A DNA stretch of 64,000 bases from Eledone cirrhosa (lineage: Eukaryota), in assembly GCA_964016885.1 (NCBI GenBank), contig OZ024746.1, positions 6,200,001 to 6,264,000 of the forward strand, in the 5' to 3' direction. This document shows, piece after piece, positions 1 to 12,174 of the stretch; within the stretch, counting starts at the first letter, position 1, and each line of letters starts with the position of its first letter. The notes below the pieces were generated by a model. That model was not told the DNA's origin and searched no databases. It worked only from the letters and a program-made list of their open reading frames with translations. The position numbers and the translations under genes are program-made.

Positions 1-3000
1 AAGAGATGACTGTCAGCTGGTGGTTATAGTGTGATGGTCAAGAGAAGACTGTCAGTTGGTGGTTATAGTGTGATGGTCAAGAGAAGACTGTCAGCTGGTG
101 GTTATAGTGAGATGGTCAAGAGATGACTGTCAGCTGGTGGTTATAGTGAGATGGTCAAGAGATGACTGTCAGCTGGTGGTTATAGTGAGATGGTCAAGAG
201 ATGACTGTCAGCTGGTGGTTATAGTGAGATGGTCAAGAGAAGACTGTCAGCTGGTGGTTATAGTGTGATGGTCAAGAGAAGACTGTCAGCTGGTGGTTAT
301 AGTGTGATGGTCAAGAGAAGACTGTCAGCTGGTGGTTATAGTGTGATGGTCAAGAGATGACTGTCAGCTGGTGGTTATAGTGAGATGGTCAAGAGATGAC
401 TGTCAGCTGGTGGTTATAGTGAGATGGTCAAGAGAAGACTGTCAGCTGGTGGTTATAGTGAGATGGTCAACAGAAGACTGTCAGCTGGTGGTTATAGTGT
501 GATGGTCAAGAGAAGACTGTCAGCTGGTGGTTATAGTGTGATGGTCAAGAGAAGACTGTCAGCTGGTGGTTATAGTGAGATGGTCAACAGAAGACTGTCA
601 GCTGGTGGTTATAGTGTGATGGTCAAGAGATGACTGTCAGCTGGTGGTTATAGTGAGATGGTCAAGAGAAGACTGTCAGCTGGTGGTTATAGTGTGATGG
701 TCAAGAGAAGACTGTCAGCTGGTGGTTATAGTGAGATGGTCAAGAGAAGACTGTCAGCTGGTGGTTATAGTGAGATGGTCAACAGAAGAGTGTCAGCTGG
801 TGGTTATAGTGAGATGGTCAAGAGAAGACTGTCAGCTGGTGGTTATAGTGTGATGGTCAAGAGATGACTGTCAGCTGGTGGTTATAGTGAGATGGTCAAG
901 AGAAGACTGTCAGCTGGTGGTTATAGTGAAATGGTCAACAGAAGACTGTCAGCTGGTGGTTATAGTGTGATGGTCAAGAGATGACTGTCAGCTGGTGGTT
1001 ATAGTGAGATGGTCAAGAGAAGACTGTCAGCTGGTGGTTATAGTGTGATGGTCAAGAGAAGACTGGCAGCTGGTGGTTATAGTCTGATGGTCAAGAGATG
1101 ACTGTCAGCTGGTGGTTATAGTGAGATGGTCAAGAGATGACTGTCAGCTGGTGGTTATAGTGAGATGGTCAACAGAAGACTGTCAGCTGGTGGTTATAGT
1201 GAGATGGTCAAGAGATGACTGTCAGCTGGTGGTTATAGTGAGATGGTCAAGAGATGACTGTCAGCTGGTGGTTATAGTGAGATGGTCAAGAGATGACTGT
1301 CAGCTGGTGGTTATAGTGAGATGGTCAACAGAAGACTGTCAGCTGGTGGTTATAGTGAGATGGTCAAGAGAAGACTGTCAGCTGGTGGTTATAGTGTGAT
1401 GGTCAACAGAAGACTGTCAGCTGGTGGTTATAGTGTGATGGTCAAGAGATGACTGTCAGCTGGTGGTTATAGTGTGATGGTCAAGAGATGACTGTCAGCT
1501 GGTGGTTATAGTGAGATGGTCAACAGAAGACTGTCAGCTGGTGGTTATAGTGTGATGGTCAAGGGAGAGAGACTGTCAGCTGGAGCTTATAGTGTGATGG
1601 TCAAGAGAGAGAGACTTCAGCTGGTGGTTATACTGTGATGGTCAAGGGAGAGACTGTCAGCTGGTGGTTATAGTGTGATGGTCAAGGGAGACTGCGACTG
1701 TCAGCTGGTAGTTATAGTGTGATGGTCAAGAGATGACTGTCAGCTGGTGGTTATAGTGTGATGGTCAACAGAAGACTGTCAGCTGGTGGTTATAGTGTGA
1801 TGGTCAAGGGAGAGAGACTGTCAGCTGGAGGTTATAGTGTGATGGTCAAGAGAGAGAGACTTCAGCTGGTGGTTATACTGTGATGGTCAAGGGAGAGACT
1901 GTCAGCTGGTGGTTATAGTGTGATGGTCAAGGGAGACTGCGACTGTCAGCTGGTAGTTATAGTGTGATGGTCAAGAGATGACTGTCAGCTGGTGGTTATA
2001 GTGAGATGGTCAACAGAAGACTGTCAGCTGGTGGTTATAGTGTGATGGTCAAGGGAGAGAGACTGTCAGCTGGAGGTTATAGTGTGATGGTCAAGAGAGA
2101 GAGACTTCAGCTGGTGGTTATACTGTGATGGTCAAGGGAGAGACTGTCAGCTGGTGGTTATAGTGTGATGGTCAAGGGAGAGACTGTCAGCTGGTGGTTA
2201 TAGTGTGATGGTCAAGGGAGACTGCGACTGTCAGCTGGTAGTTATAGTGTGATGGTCAAGAGATGACTGTCAGCTGGTGGTTATAGTGTGATGGTCAAGA
2301 GAAGACTGTCAGCTGGTGGTTATAGTGTGATGGTCAACAGAAGACTGTCAGCTGGTGGTTATAGTGTGATGGTCAAGGGAGACTGCGACTGTCAGCTGGT
2401 AGTTATAGTGTGATGGTCAAGAGATGACTGTCAGCTGGTGGTTATAGTGTGATGGTCAACAGAAGACTGTCAGCTGGTGGTTATAGTGTGATGGTCAACA
2501 GAAGACTGTCAGCTGGTGGTTATAGTGTGATGGTCAAGAGATGACTGTCAGCTGGTGGTTTAGTGTGATGGTCAAGAGAAGACTGTCAGCTGGTGGTTAT
2601 AGTGAGATGGTCAAGAGATGACTGTCAGCTGGTGGTTATAGTGTGATGGTCAAAAGAAGACTGTCAGCTGGTGGTTATAGTGTGATGGTCAAAAGAAGAC
2701 TGTCAGCTGGTGGTTATAGTGTGATGGTCAAGAGATGACTGTCAGCTGGTGGTTATAGTGTGATGGTCAACAGAAGACTGTCAGCTGGTGGTTATAGTGA
2801 GATGGTCAAGAGATGACTGTCAGCTGGTGGTTATAGTGTGATGGTCAAGAGAAGACTGTCAGCTGGTGGTTATAGTGTGATGGTCAAGAGATGACTGTCA
2901 GCTGGTGGTTATAGTGAGATGGTCAAGAGATGACTGTCAGCTGGTGGTTATAGTGTGATATTCAAGGGAGAGAGACTGTCAGCTGGAGGTTATAGTGTGA

Positions 3001-4731
3001 TGGTCAAGAGAGAGAGACTTCAGCTGGTGGTTATACTGTGATGGTCAAGGGAGAGACTGTCAGCTGGTGGTTATAGTGTGATGGTCAAGGGAGACTGCGA
3101 CTGTCAGCTGGTGGTTATAGTGTGATGGTCAAGAGATGACTGTCAGCTGGTGGTTATAGTGAGATGGTCAACAGAAGACTGTCAGCTGGTGGTTATAGTG
3201 TGATGGCCAAGACAAACTGGGACTGTCAGCTGGGGATCATAGTCTGCTGATCAAGGGAGGACTGTCACCTGCTGGTTATAGTGTGATGGTCAAGAGATGA
3301 CTGTCAGCTGGGGATCATAGTGTGATGATCAAGGGAGGACTGTCACCTGCTGGTTATAGTGTGATGGTCAAGAGAAGACTGTCAGCTGGTGGTTATAGTG
3401 TGATGGTCAAGAGAAGACTGTCAGCTGGTGGTTATAGTGAGATGGTCAAGAGATGACTGTCAGCTGGTGGTTATAGTGTGATGGTCAAGGGAAACAGAGA
3501 CTGTCAACTGGTGGTTATAGTGTGATGGTCAAGGGAGAGAGACTGTCAGCTGGAGGTTATAGTGTGATGGTCAAGAGAGAGAGACTTCAGCTGGTGGTTA
3601 TACTGTGATGGTCAAGGGAGAGACTGTCAGCTGGTGGTTATAGTGTGATGGTCAAGGGAGACTGCGACTGTCAGCTGGTGGTTATAGTGTGATGGCCAAG
3701 ACAAACTGGGACTGTCAGCTGGGGATCATAGTCTGCTGATCAAGGGAGGACTGTCACCTGCTGGTTATAGTGTGATGGTCAAGGTATAGAGCGACTGTCA
3801 GCTGGTGGTTATAGTGTGATCGTCAAAGGAAAGACTGTCAGTTGGTTGTTATAGTGTGATGGTCAAGAGAGAGACTGTCAGCTGGTGGTTATAGTGTGAT
3901 GGTCAAGGGAGAGATAGACTTCGTCTGGTGGTTATAGTGTGATGGTCAAGGGAGAGAGAGACTGTTATCTGGTGGTTATAGTGTAATGGTCAAGAGAGAG
4001 AGAGAGTCAGCTGGTGGTTATAGTGTGATGGTCAAGGGAGGACTGTCAGCTGGTGGTTATAGTGTGATGGTCAGAGGGACAGTCAGCTGGTGGTTATAGT
4101 GTGATTGTCAAGGGAGACTGGGACTGTCAGCTGGTGGTTATAGTGTGATGGTCAAGGGAGGACTGTCAGCTGGTGGTTATAGTGTGATGGTCAAGGGAGA
4201 CTGTCAGCTGGTGGTTATAGTGTGATGGTCAAGGGAGACTGGGACTGTCAGCTGGTGGTTTTAGTGTGATGGTCAAGGGAGGACTGTCAGCTGGTGGTTA
4301 TAGTGTGATGGTCAAGGGAGACTGTCAGCTGGTGGTTATAGTGTGATGGTCAAGGAAGAGACTGTCAGCTGGTGGTTATAGTGTGATGGTCAAGAGAGAC
4401 AGTCAGCTGGTGGTTATAGTGTGATGGTCAAGGGAGAGACTGTCAGCTGGTGGTTATAGTGTAATGGTCAAGAGAGGACTGTCAGCTGGTGGTTATGGTG
4501 TGATGGTCATGGGCGGACTGTCAGCTGGTGGTTATAGTGTGATGGTCAAGGGAGACTGTCAGCTGGTTGTTATAGTGTGATGGTCAAGGTAGTCTGTCAG
4601 CTGGAGGCTATAGTGTGATGGTCAAGATAAACTGGGACTGTCAGCTGGTGGTTACAGTGTGATGGTCAAGGGAGACTATCAGCTGATGGTTATAGTGTGA
4701 TGGTCAAGACAAACTGGGACTGTCAGCTGGT
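1..4731. repeat. 39-bp minisatellite array (AAGAGAWGACTGTCAGCTGGTGGTTATAGTGWGATGGTC), truncated by window start
   Basis: Over 100 tandem units; homogeneous on the left, increasingly divergent to the right. Confidence 0.97.
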
Positions 4732-4941
4732 TAGCTCCTTTTATGGTAATTTTCTAATGAAACACTATGTTAATCAATTAATGAAAATTTCAAGGGATGC
4801 AGTAATATAATTGTTTAATTATTAACATGATATTGGTAAGATAACATAAGAGAATTATCTTAAACATTATGTCGACATGTTATTTAGATAAGAGCCTTTA
4901 AAATGGATGGTTTTAGACGAGTTGGTATCAAAATAAGAGGG

Positions 4942-5271
4942 TAGGCTGAAATGTTCATAGGCTAACTATGAAGGAGTGATGCTAGAACAGTGAAATCTTG
5001 CAAGCAATAATTTCGATTCTTTTTATTAATAACTGCATTTTTTCTTTCCGGGAACTACGTTGAAAAATAAACCTCATTTATTCATTCCATGAGAATATTT
5101 TAGTCAGCCTATGAAAGGGGTGATGCTAGAGCGGTGAAATCTTGCATGTATTAATTTCATCTCTTCTTATTAATAACTGCATTGTTTCTTTCCGGGGACT
5201 ATGTTTAAAGATAAACCTCATTTGATCATTCCATGAGAGTATCTTGGTCAGCATATGAACTTACCAGCCTA
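4942..5271. mobile_element. Tc1/mariner-like MITE with internal ~145-bp tandem duplication
   Basis: Imperfect TIRs TAGGCTGAAATGTTCATAGGCTAAC (4942) / GTCAGCATATGAACTTACCAGCCTA (5247); internal GTGATGCTAGA..GTGAAATCTTGCA block present twice. Confidence 0.6.
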
Positions 5272-5294
5272 TTTACTTTACAGACGTCCTTCGT

Positions 5295-5545
5295 TCAACA
5301 CTGACACAGGAACGATGTACTAGTTTCAAGCTTATTAGCTATCGTCAGCATCATATACCTTTCTGTCAGATGATTGAACGTTTGAAAGTATATACTTTCC
5401 TTATGCATATTAACGGCTAAGCAGCCTAATTTGCATATCGAGTGAGTTAGTCGGCCGGGCGCACCGCAAACGATAAATGGAAAAGAATGAAACGAAATTT
5501 CATTTCTCACTCTTAGTACGGCTCATACCTAAATATAAGTATTTA
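5295..5545 (-). mobile_element. PLE pseudo-LTR / retrozyme-like fragment carrying a hammerhead (family B)
   Basis: Near-identical to 24125-24366; contains HHR motif; ends in TA microsatellite. Confidence 0.7.
5312..5354 (-). ncRNA. Minimal type I hammerhead ribozyme (family B)
   Basis: Minus strand: ATGATG-CTGACGA-tAGCT aata AGCTt-GAAAC TA GTA^CATCGT; stem I 6 bp with one G-U; palindromic stem III ACTAGT. Confidence 0.8.
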
Positions 5546-5573
5546 TACGTACATACATATATGTGTACAGACG

Positions 5574-5617
<44 letters not shown>

Positions 5618-5661
5618 CATATATATATACACACACACACACACACATATACATATATATA

Positions 5662-6270
5662 TGGTGGCTGCCAACTCGTTTTCGAGTACGGCCACTACTT
5701 TATATCCATGTAGGAGAACCCCTACCGAAGCGCTGCATGAGTGTGACTTTTTAGTCCAGCCAGCGACTTGAAAACTCTAGTACAAACACTACACTTGTGA
5801 CAATTATTGACACATAGTGCTGGGCCCATGGTACCATGTGACGACAAGTGCAGAGAGATCTCCAGATATAAAGCAATGCCTGTGCCGTGAAGCTTTTATA
5901 GTGAGCAAAGGCACTGCACAAAGCCAGTCCCACTCTCTTAACCAAGATGATATTTACCAAAAAGAAGAACAAGTCAACATCATTGGATACCATCAAGGTT
6001 GCAGGTGTTATATCAGAGTTTTCCTTCTCCTAGAATTCTGCCTTGACAAAGGCTAAGGGGTCATCTCTCCCGGTGATTTTGGATGGCCATTGACTCTTAA
6101 GAGCTCCTTTGCCCTTTGACAGGTTTTGTTTTTAGTCCTGCAGGATGTCCAAAGTCACCCTCCTCACCAAGAAACCTTGGTGGGGTTGCCAGTTTAGTCG
6201 CCAACGACCCGACCATGAATCAGGTTGTACTGGGATACATGTTACCAGTAGCACCAACTGGTGACCTGAC
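5662..6270 (-). mobile_element. ~610-bp non-autonomous retroposon inserted in TA/TACA microsatellite, copy 1
   Basis: Five near-identical copies in the window with fixed left end TGGTGGCTGCC; no credible ORF; strand inferred. Confidence 0.85.
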
Positions 6271-6349
6271 ATAATATATATATACATATATATACATATA
6301 TATATACATTTATATATATATATGTATATATATATATAAATATACATAC

Positions 6350-6385
<36 letters not shown>

Positions 6386-6424
6386 GTATATATATATATA
6401 TGTATATATATAGATAGATAAATA

Positions 6425-6495
<71 letters not shown>

Positions 6496-6691
6496 GAGAA
6501 AGAGAGAGAGACATACATATGAAATATATATGTATACATATGTATACATATGTATACATATATATCATATATATGTATATATACATATGTGAGTAGATAT
6601 TTATAAGTGTGTATGTGTAATGTTTTGTCGGGAGAATATATGCGTTGGTGTAGAAGATGTGGATAGAGAGAATATAACAGTTTCTTCATAA

Positions 6692-6869
6692 TAATTGTTT
6701 CTATTTTTGGCACAAGGCCAGCAATTACCCAGTGCATTACTGGTACTTTATTTTATCGACCCCGTAAGGATAAAAGGCAAAGTCAACCTCGGCCGGATTT
6801 GAACTCAGACCGTAAAGGGACGTAACTATGCTGGAAAGCATGGCGTCCGACACTCTACCGTTACCGCCC
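6692..6869 (-). mobile_element. tRNA-derived octopus-type SINE
   Basis: Reverse complement of GAGTTCAAATCC (B box)...CCTTACGGGGTCGATAAAATAAAGTACC core; flanking direct repeat CTTCATAATAAT. Confidence 0.85.
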
Positions 6870-7380
6870 TTCATAATAATGTAGCCTAAACATTATTATT
6901 TTACTAAGTTTTCCTCAAGGAAAACTATTTGAAAATGCCACTAAATCAATTATCAATTCCACAGAACTGTTAATTATAGCAATCCTACAGTTTCTTATAA
7001 CCTACGAAGAGATTTTTAACTCTTCAAAAATGTATAGTTCCTTACACAATACTCATCATGGTGGTTGTAACATTCTGTAATACTAATTGCTTTCATATAA
7101 AGAAATCGTATGTAAAGAAATAATATATATTGCTTAAATATTTGAAAAGCTTCATTTTGTAGTAATTGATCTGATTTCAGACAATTGCTATTTCTTGCTT
7201 TTTATATTGCTTCATCTTTTTAATAGAAACAAAAATCAAATTGTATTGATCATAAGAAAAGAACAAATACAGAAATATACGAAAGGAAATTGTATAGCTA
7301 AATAAACCAGAAATCATAATTAAAATATAACTTAAAGAATCAACGTGGGAGATCTTTTTGTATAGCGGCCAATTCTTGCC

Positions 7381-7648
7381 GAAACTACCTACACACGAAT
7401 GTTAAAACCCCACATAAGGTACGAAACTACCAACACACGAATGTTAAAACCCCACATAACAAGGTACGAAACTAGCTACACACGAATGTTAAAACCCCAC
7501 ATAACAAGGTACGAAACTAGCTACACACGAATGTTAAAACCCCACATAACAAGGTACGAAACTAGCTACACACGAATGTTAAAACCCTACATAACAAGGT
7601 AGGAAACTACCTACACACAAATGTTAAAACCCCACATAACAAGGTACA
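7381..7648. repeat. 45-bp minisatellite, ~6 units
   Basis: GAAACTAGCTACACACGAATGTTAAAACCCCACATAACAAGGTAC tandem. Confidence 0.95.
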
Positions 7649-8220
7649 TTATTTTGAATGGAAAGGCAGTAAAAGGATGGTCATGGCTTGACTATGCCTT
7701 TTATCATATACAGGTTCGTCCAGGGAAGATATTGTAGCAAGACACAGAATAATACCATGGTTTTAATTACTGCACACACAATATTGCACAGGTTATAGTG
7801 AATCTTCGGTATCATTCGTTGTTAAGATCTGTTTGTAAATGCTTTAGAAGGGGTGTCATTTATATAAGCATAGATAGGAGAAAACGTTTCTCATCCTAAT
7901 ATAGCAGATAGTTTAATTTTTTATATGTACTTAATACAAATTTAACATTTAAAGCGTAAAATATTGATCGTTTTATGGATAGTTTTAGTTTGGCATAAAA
8001 TTTAAAGATTTATTTCACAAATGAAAGTCGGTGTCAAAATTAAATGTAAATAGCTTTTACCATGAAAGCCTGTATATAAGTTTCACCTGATGACAATAGA
8101 TCAAAACATAGTTTAGATATAACATAACTAGTAACAACAGTAATAAGATATCTGTCTAACTGAAATGAGGTTTAGAACATTTACGTATATAAAGGTTAAG
8201 AAGCAAAAATAATTTCAATG

Positions 8221-8450
8221 TGTGGAGGTGCGTGTCCTAGTGGTAAGGGTGTTGGACTTACGATCAAAATGGATTCACTTCCTTGCCTTGGTTGCAGAAC
8301 ACTTCATTTCATGTTACTCCAGTATACTCACTTGAAAATGAGTACCAGTAATAGCTGGGGGTTTATCTGTGCGATGGACTGGAGTTATGTCCAGGAGGGA
8401 GTGTTGTACTCTGAATTAGCCTTCTGCCTTGAGGCAGAATCTAGACTAAG
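8221..8450 (+). mobile_element. Degenerate tRNA-derived SINE (second family)
   Basis: A-box-like GTCCTAGTGGTAAGGGTGTTGGAC head; related degenerate copies near 59190 and 44240-44400. Confidence 0.45.
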
Positions 8451-9075
8451 AACAGAAAAATACATATCGCTATTTTTGATTGAGGTATTCTTTGAATAGA
8501 AGTGGCTTTCTGAACTAATAACGGCATATATCTTAGTTCACTTTGCTTGTATTTTGAAATTTACTTCATGTTCGCATTTCATTAATATATATCTATGTTA
8601 GTTATGTTCAAATTCAACTATTTTTCTAAGACAAGGATTGTATTGTATCACAATTCCACTTGAAAATTCTCTTCCACTAACCGAGGATTTCGAAACACAT
8701 TCGGCTAAATTCAGCGCCTTCTACAAATACGAAAACAAAAAGACGCAGCAATACTCCTCAGCCCTTTTCTCAATCCCGAACTAATAATCATCTACTTCAT
8801 CTCACTGTTGCTCTCTTCTTATCATAGTCAGTACAGCTTCCGTACACCTAAATCTTCTAGATACTTTAAATGGTCACACGCCCTTCAGAGCTTGGACAGA
8901 AATAAAAGCAATTCAATTGCATTTGGTATCAGCAAAAGCTCCGACTGTGCCTTGAATAAAATACATCTGGGCTTTAGGTGGAAAACCTCAACAGCACCAT
9001 TAGATCAGGTAACAACTCAGCTCATTTTACTGACACTTTATCAACTCTGGTTTACAGTATGTTTCAAATATGTAC

Positions 9076-9419
9076 CGGGGTGTTGAGAAGTTCCTGTTGT
9101 AACGGTATTACGAAATGGTAGAGCTGTTACCTTTACAGGGGAGGTAGGACTGTGAAAGGGTAGATCTGTTACCTTTACATGGGAGGTAGGACTGTGAAAG
9201 GGTAGAGCTGTTACCTTTACATGGGAGGTAGGACTGTGAAAGGGTAGAGCTGTTACCTTTACAGGGGAGTTAGGACCACTGCAATAACTGTGTGAATCTG
9301 AGAGGGGAATATGTTGAATAAAATCATAACTGATCCATCTATATTTTCTTTTAACTACCCCCCCCCCCTCTCTCCCCGTTTTTTCTTTTACCCAAAGCCA
9401 GGAAATTTTCAACACCCCG
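9076..9419. mobile_element. Mariner-like MITE containing a 42-bp minisatellite (9112-9280)
   Basis: TIRs CGGGGTGTTGAGAAGTTCCTG / CAGGAAATTTTCAACACCCCG (19/21 complementary); four internal 42-bp units. Confidence 0.7.
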
Positions 9420-10127
9420 ATATATCTTGCGATCATCTTTGATTATTTTCAAAGAAATAATTCCATATATTATGTCTGACAAAACATTATTATCTGAACC
9501 AAAACTGCCATAAATGCTACATCGCGTAGTTCTGAACATCACTAGCAACATTCCCATGTTTTGTGCGAACATGCAATCGAAATAGGGATTGCTACTAATC
9601 CTTTGATAGGATTACAAATATAAACGGCTTAACTCTTCAATAAATCAATGCTAATCTAGAGAATAGAAATTAAAACATGCATAGATTAAAGCAAACCCTA
9701 TTTCCATCAACGAATTGTGTGGTGGAGTCTAAGGATTGAGAATAACAGCTAAATAGATGGATGAAGGGCGGAAGCTAGGCTTCTTGTGTGTGTGTGGGAG
9801 AAAGGGAGAGAGAAAGGGAGAAAAAGAGAGAGGGTAGAGAGAGACGAGGAAGGAGTGTTGAAGCATGAAATTAATTGAAATAGCATGAATTGGAGTATAT
9901 ATATATATATCAAATAGTTGCAAATGAAAATACCATGTTATATTAAAAAAAAATAGTGAGGGTAAATAACAAAGTTGAAACATAGACGAGCTTGAAAACT
10001 TAAGAAAATATAATAATAGATAATATATACATATAATACATACATATATATACGAATACATACATATATATACACGAATACATACATACATACATACATA
10101 CATACATACATACATACATACATACAT

Positions 10128-12120
10128 AGATCACCTACTAACTAACAAAATGATTCAGAAAAAAACAACAAAGAATCGCAGAAACATGACTGTCGTGTGG
10201 CTGGACTATCAAAAAGCATTTGATAGTGTACCTCATGGCTGGATTGTTAAGGCTTTACAGTTAGCTAAAGTGCCACAGCCATTGGTAGCTGCTGTTGAAC
10301 GCCTGACCAAGAACTGGTACACCAGTTTGATCCTTAGAGGTGAGAAGGAGCAGGTTAAGACTGATAAGATACATTACCAGAAGGGCATCTTTCAGGGTGA
10401 TAGCTTATCAGTGCTACTCTTCGTTCTCTCACTGAATCCACTATCTTACCTACTCAGGAAACAAGGTGGACAAAGAAGAGGGCCCAGAAGTATCTCCCAT
10501 CTTTTCTTTGTTGATGACCTGAAGTTGTATGGGCCAAATATCAATGACATCAAGAAACAATTGGACCTCATTACACAATTTTCAACTGACATCAAAATGA
10601 AATTTGGTGAGTCCAAGTGTGCATATTTGGCAGTAAAATGTGGAAGAGATGTGCCCTCCTCTAGAAATCTAGAGATGAACGGCCTGACAATACAACCACT
10701 GCAGTCAGGTGACAACTACAGATATCTTGGACAGGATGAGAATGTCAGATATGATGGACCCATAAATAAGGAGAGAACCAGAACTGAATACCTCAGAAGA
10801 GTAAAGAAAATATGGTCATCAGAACTGTCAGCATACAACAAATACATTGCCCACAATACTTATGCTGTGCCAATTCTAACGCCAACATTTGGCCTACTAA
10901 ACTGGCCATTGCAAGAACTAAGTGAGATGGATGTTAGAACTCGAAAACTTCTCAGTGTTACTGGGAACTTTAACATCAATGGTGATGTGGATAGGCTATA
11001 CTTCTCACGCAAGGAAGGTGGCCGGGGTCTAAAATCAATATTAACAACATATGAGACCCGGATAGTAACACTGAAGCAACACCTTCAACAGAGGAAAAAG
11101 GTTGGCAACCATCTTGCCCAGGTTTATGACCATGAAAAAAGAAATATCATTAGAATAGCGACTGATCTGGAGGAGAGATATGGAATAAAGCCTGATATAA
11201 ATCTCTCACCCAGAGAAATCGGAAGATCCTATTCAATGTTCAAACAAGATAGAAAAATTGACCAATTTACAGAAAAAGTTGTGCATGGATACTTGAGGCG
11301 TAAAACACAGACCATAGAGGGGATAAACCACTCAAAAAGCCTGGCATGGAGTTCCGACAAGTTTATGACATCACACCTTGAGGGATATCTCTATGCAATA
11401 CAGGAACAAGAACTCCCTACCAAATATCTGCTGCACAAAAGAGGAGGGCCAGCAGCTGACAATAAATGTAGGCTATGTAAAACAAAGATCGAGGATGTAA
11501 ACCACATTGTTGCCAGCTGCGAAAGAATGTCATCTCGCTACTACCTCCCCACGAGACACGATGGGATAGCTAGAACCATCTGGAACGCACTTCGGAAAAC
11601 AAAATTAACAACAAACGAGGAAGAATATATTGAGACAGATGGCACTAAGGAATACTGGTGGAACCTGAAAATAAAAACTGTCACCAAATTAAAGCACAAC
11701 CGGCCTGATATTGTAGTTTGGGACCACACATTGAAAACGTGTTCTGTTGTGGAGATCAGCTGCCCACTTGATGTAAACGTTGTCAGAAAAATACAGGAGA
11801 AGGAGGACATCTACGGACCATTGATGAGGAGTTTACAAATCCAGTATCCAAGATACACCTTTAGCTTCATACCCATCATTATTGGTGCTACGGGTTATAT
11901 ACCAACACGCTTGGACCAAAGTATGACTGAACTTGGATTTGCGGACAAAAAGCGCAGCTCCCTAATTCATAGTCTACAAATGGCTGCGATAGCTGGCACC
12001 TTCAAAATTTGCAAAACATTCTTGCGATTCAAGGGATGACAATTTCTTTTCTTTTACAACCTTGCCACCAGGAAGGTGGCCGGTCAAAAAAATATACTCG
12101 AAATTAAGAGAAAGAGAAAA
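10128..12120 (+). mobile_element. 5'-truncated R4/Dong-like RLE non-LTR retrotransposon in (TACA)n, copy 1
   Basis: Open RT-RLE frame plus ~80-bp 3' UTR; (TACA)n on both flanks. Confidence 0.92.
10150..12039 (+). CDS. Reverse transcriptase + CCHC zinc knuckle + restriction-like endonuclease (R4 clade), N-terminally truncated
   Basis: Motifs WLDYQKAFDSVPH, GIFQGDSLS, LFFVDDLKLY, YRYLG, CRLC-x8-H-x4-C, RHD, RPDIVVWD, EISCP..K. Confidence 0.9.
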   Translation: MIQKKTTKNRRNMTVVWLDYQKAFDSVPHGWIVKALQLAKVPQPLVAAVERLTKNWYTSLILRGEKEQVKTDKIHYQKGIFQGDSLSVLLFVLSLNPLSYLLRKQGGQRRGPRSISHLFFVDDLKLYGPNINDIKKQLDLITQFSTDIKMKFGESKCAYLAVKCGRDVPSSRNLEMNGLTIQPLQSGDNYRYLGQDENVRYDGPINKERTRTEYLRRVKKIWSSELSAYNKYIAHNTYAVPILTPTFGLLNWPLQELSEMDVRTRKLLSVTGNFNINGDVDRLYFSRKEGGRGLKSILTTYETRIVTLKQHLQQRKKVGNHLAQVYDHEKRNIIRIATDLEERYGIKPDINLSPREIGRSYSMFKQDRKIDQFTEKVVHGYLRRKTQTIEGINHSKSLAWSSDKFMTSHLEGYLYAIQEQELPTKYLLHKRGGPAADNKCRLCKTKIEDVNHIVASCERMSSRYYLPTRHDGIARTIWNALRKTKLTTNEEEYIETDGTKEYWWNLKIKTVTKLKHNRPDIVVWDHTLKTCSVVEISCPLDVNVVRKIQEKEDIYGPLMRSLQIQYPRYTFSFIPIIIGATGYIPTRLDQSMTELGFADKKRSSLIHSLQMAAIAGTFKICKTFLRFKG

Positions 12121-12174
12121 CATACATACATACATACATACATACATACATACATACATACATACATACATACA

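Noticed and set aside
424-1399. Repetitive ORFs in the 39-bp array; superficial CRISPR-like periodicity
   Set aside because: Unit length is a multiple of 3 with frequent stops; no unique spacers; eukaryotic context
5751-6056. ~80-aa ORFs on both strands of the 610-bp element
   Set aside because: No domain similarity; conservation explained by recent copies
6150-6270. HDV-like or twister ribozyme at the putative 5' end of the 610-bp element
   Set aside because: Partial stems exist, but I could not build the full nested pseudoknot or the twister core in the right order
8080-8120. CTGATGA motif
   Set aside because: No intact GAAA or stems
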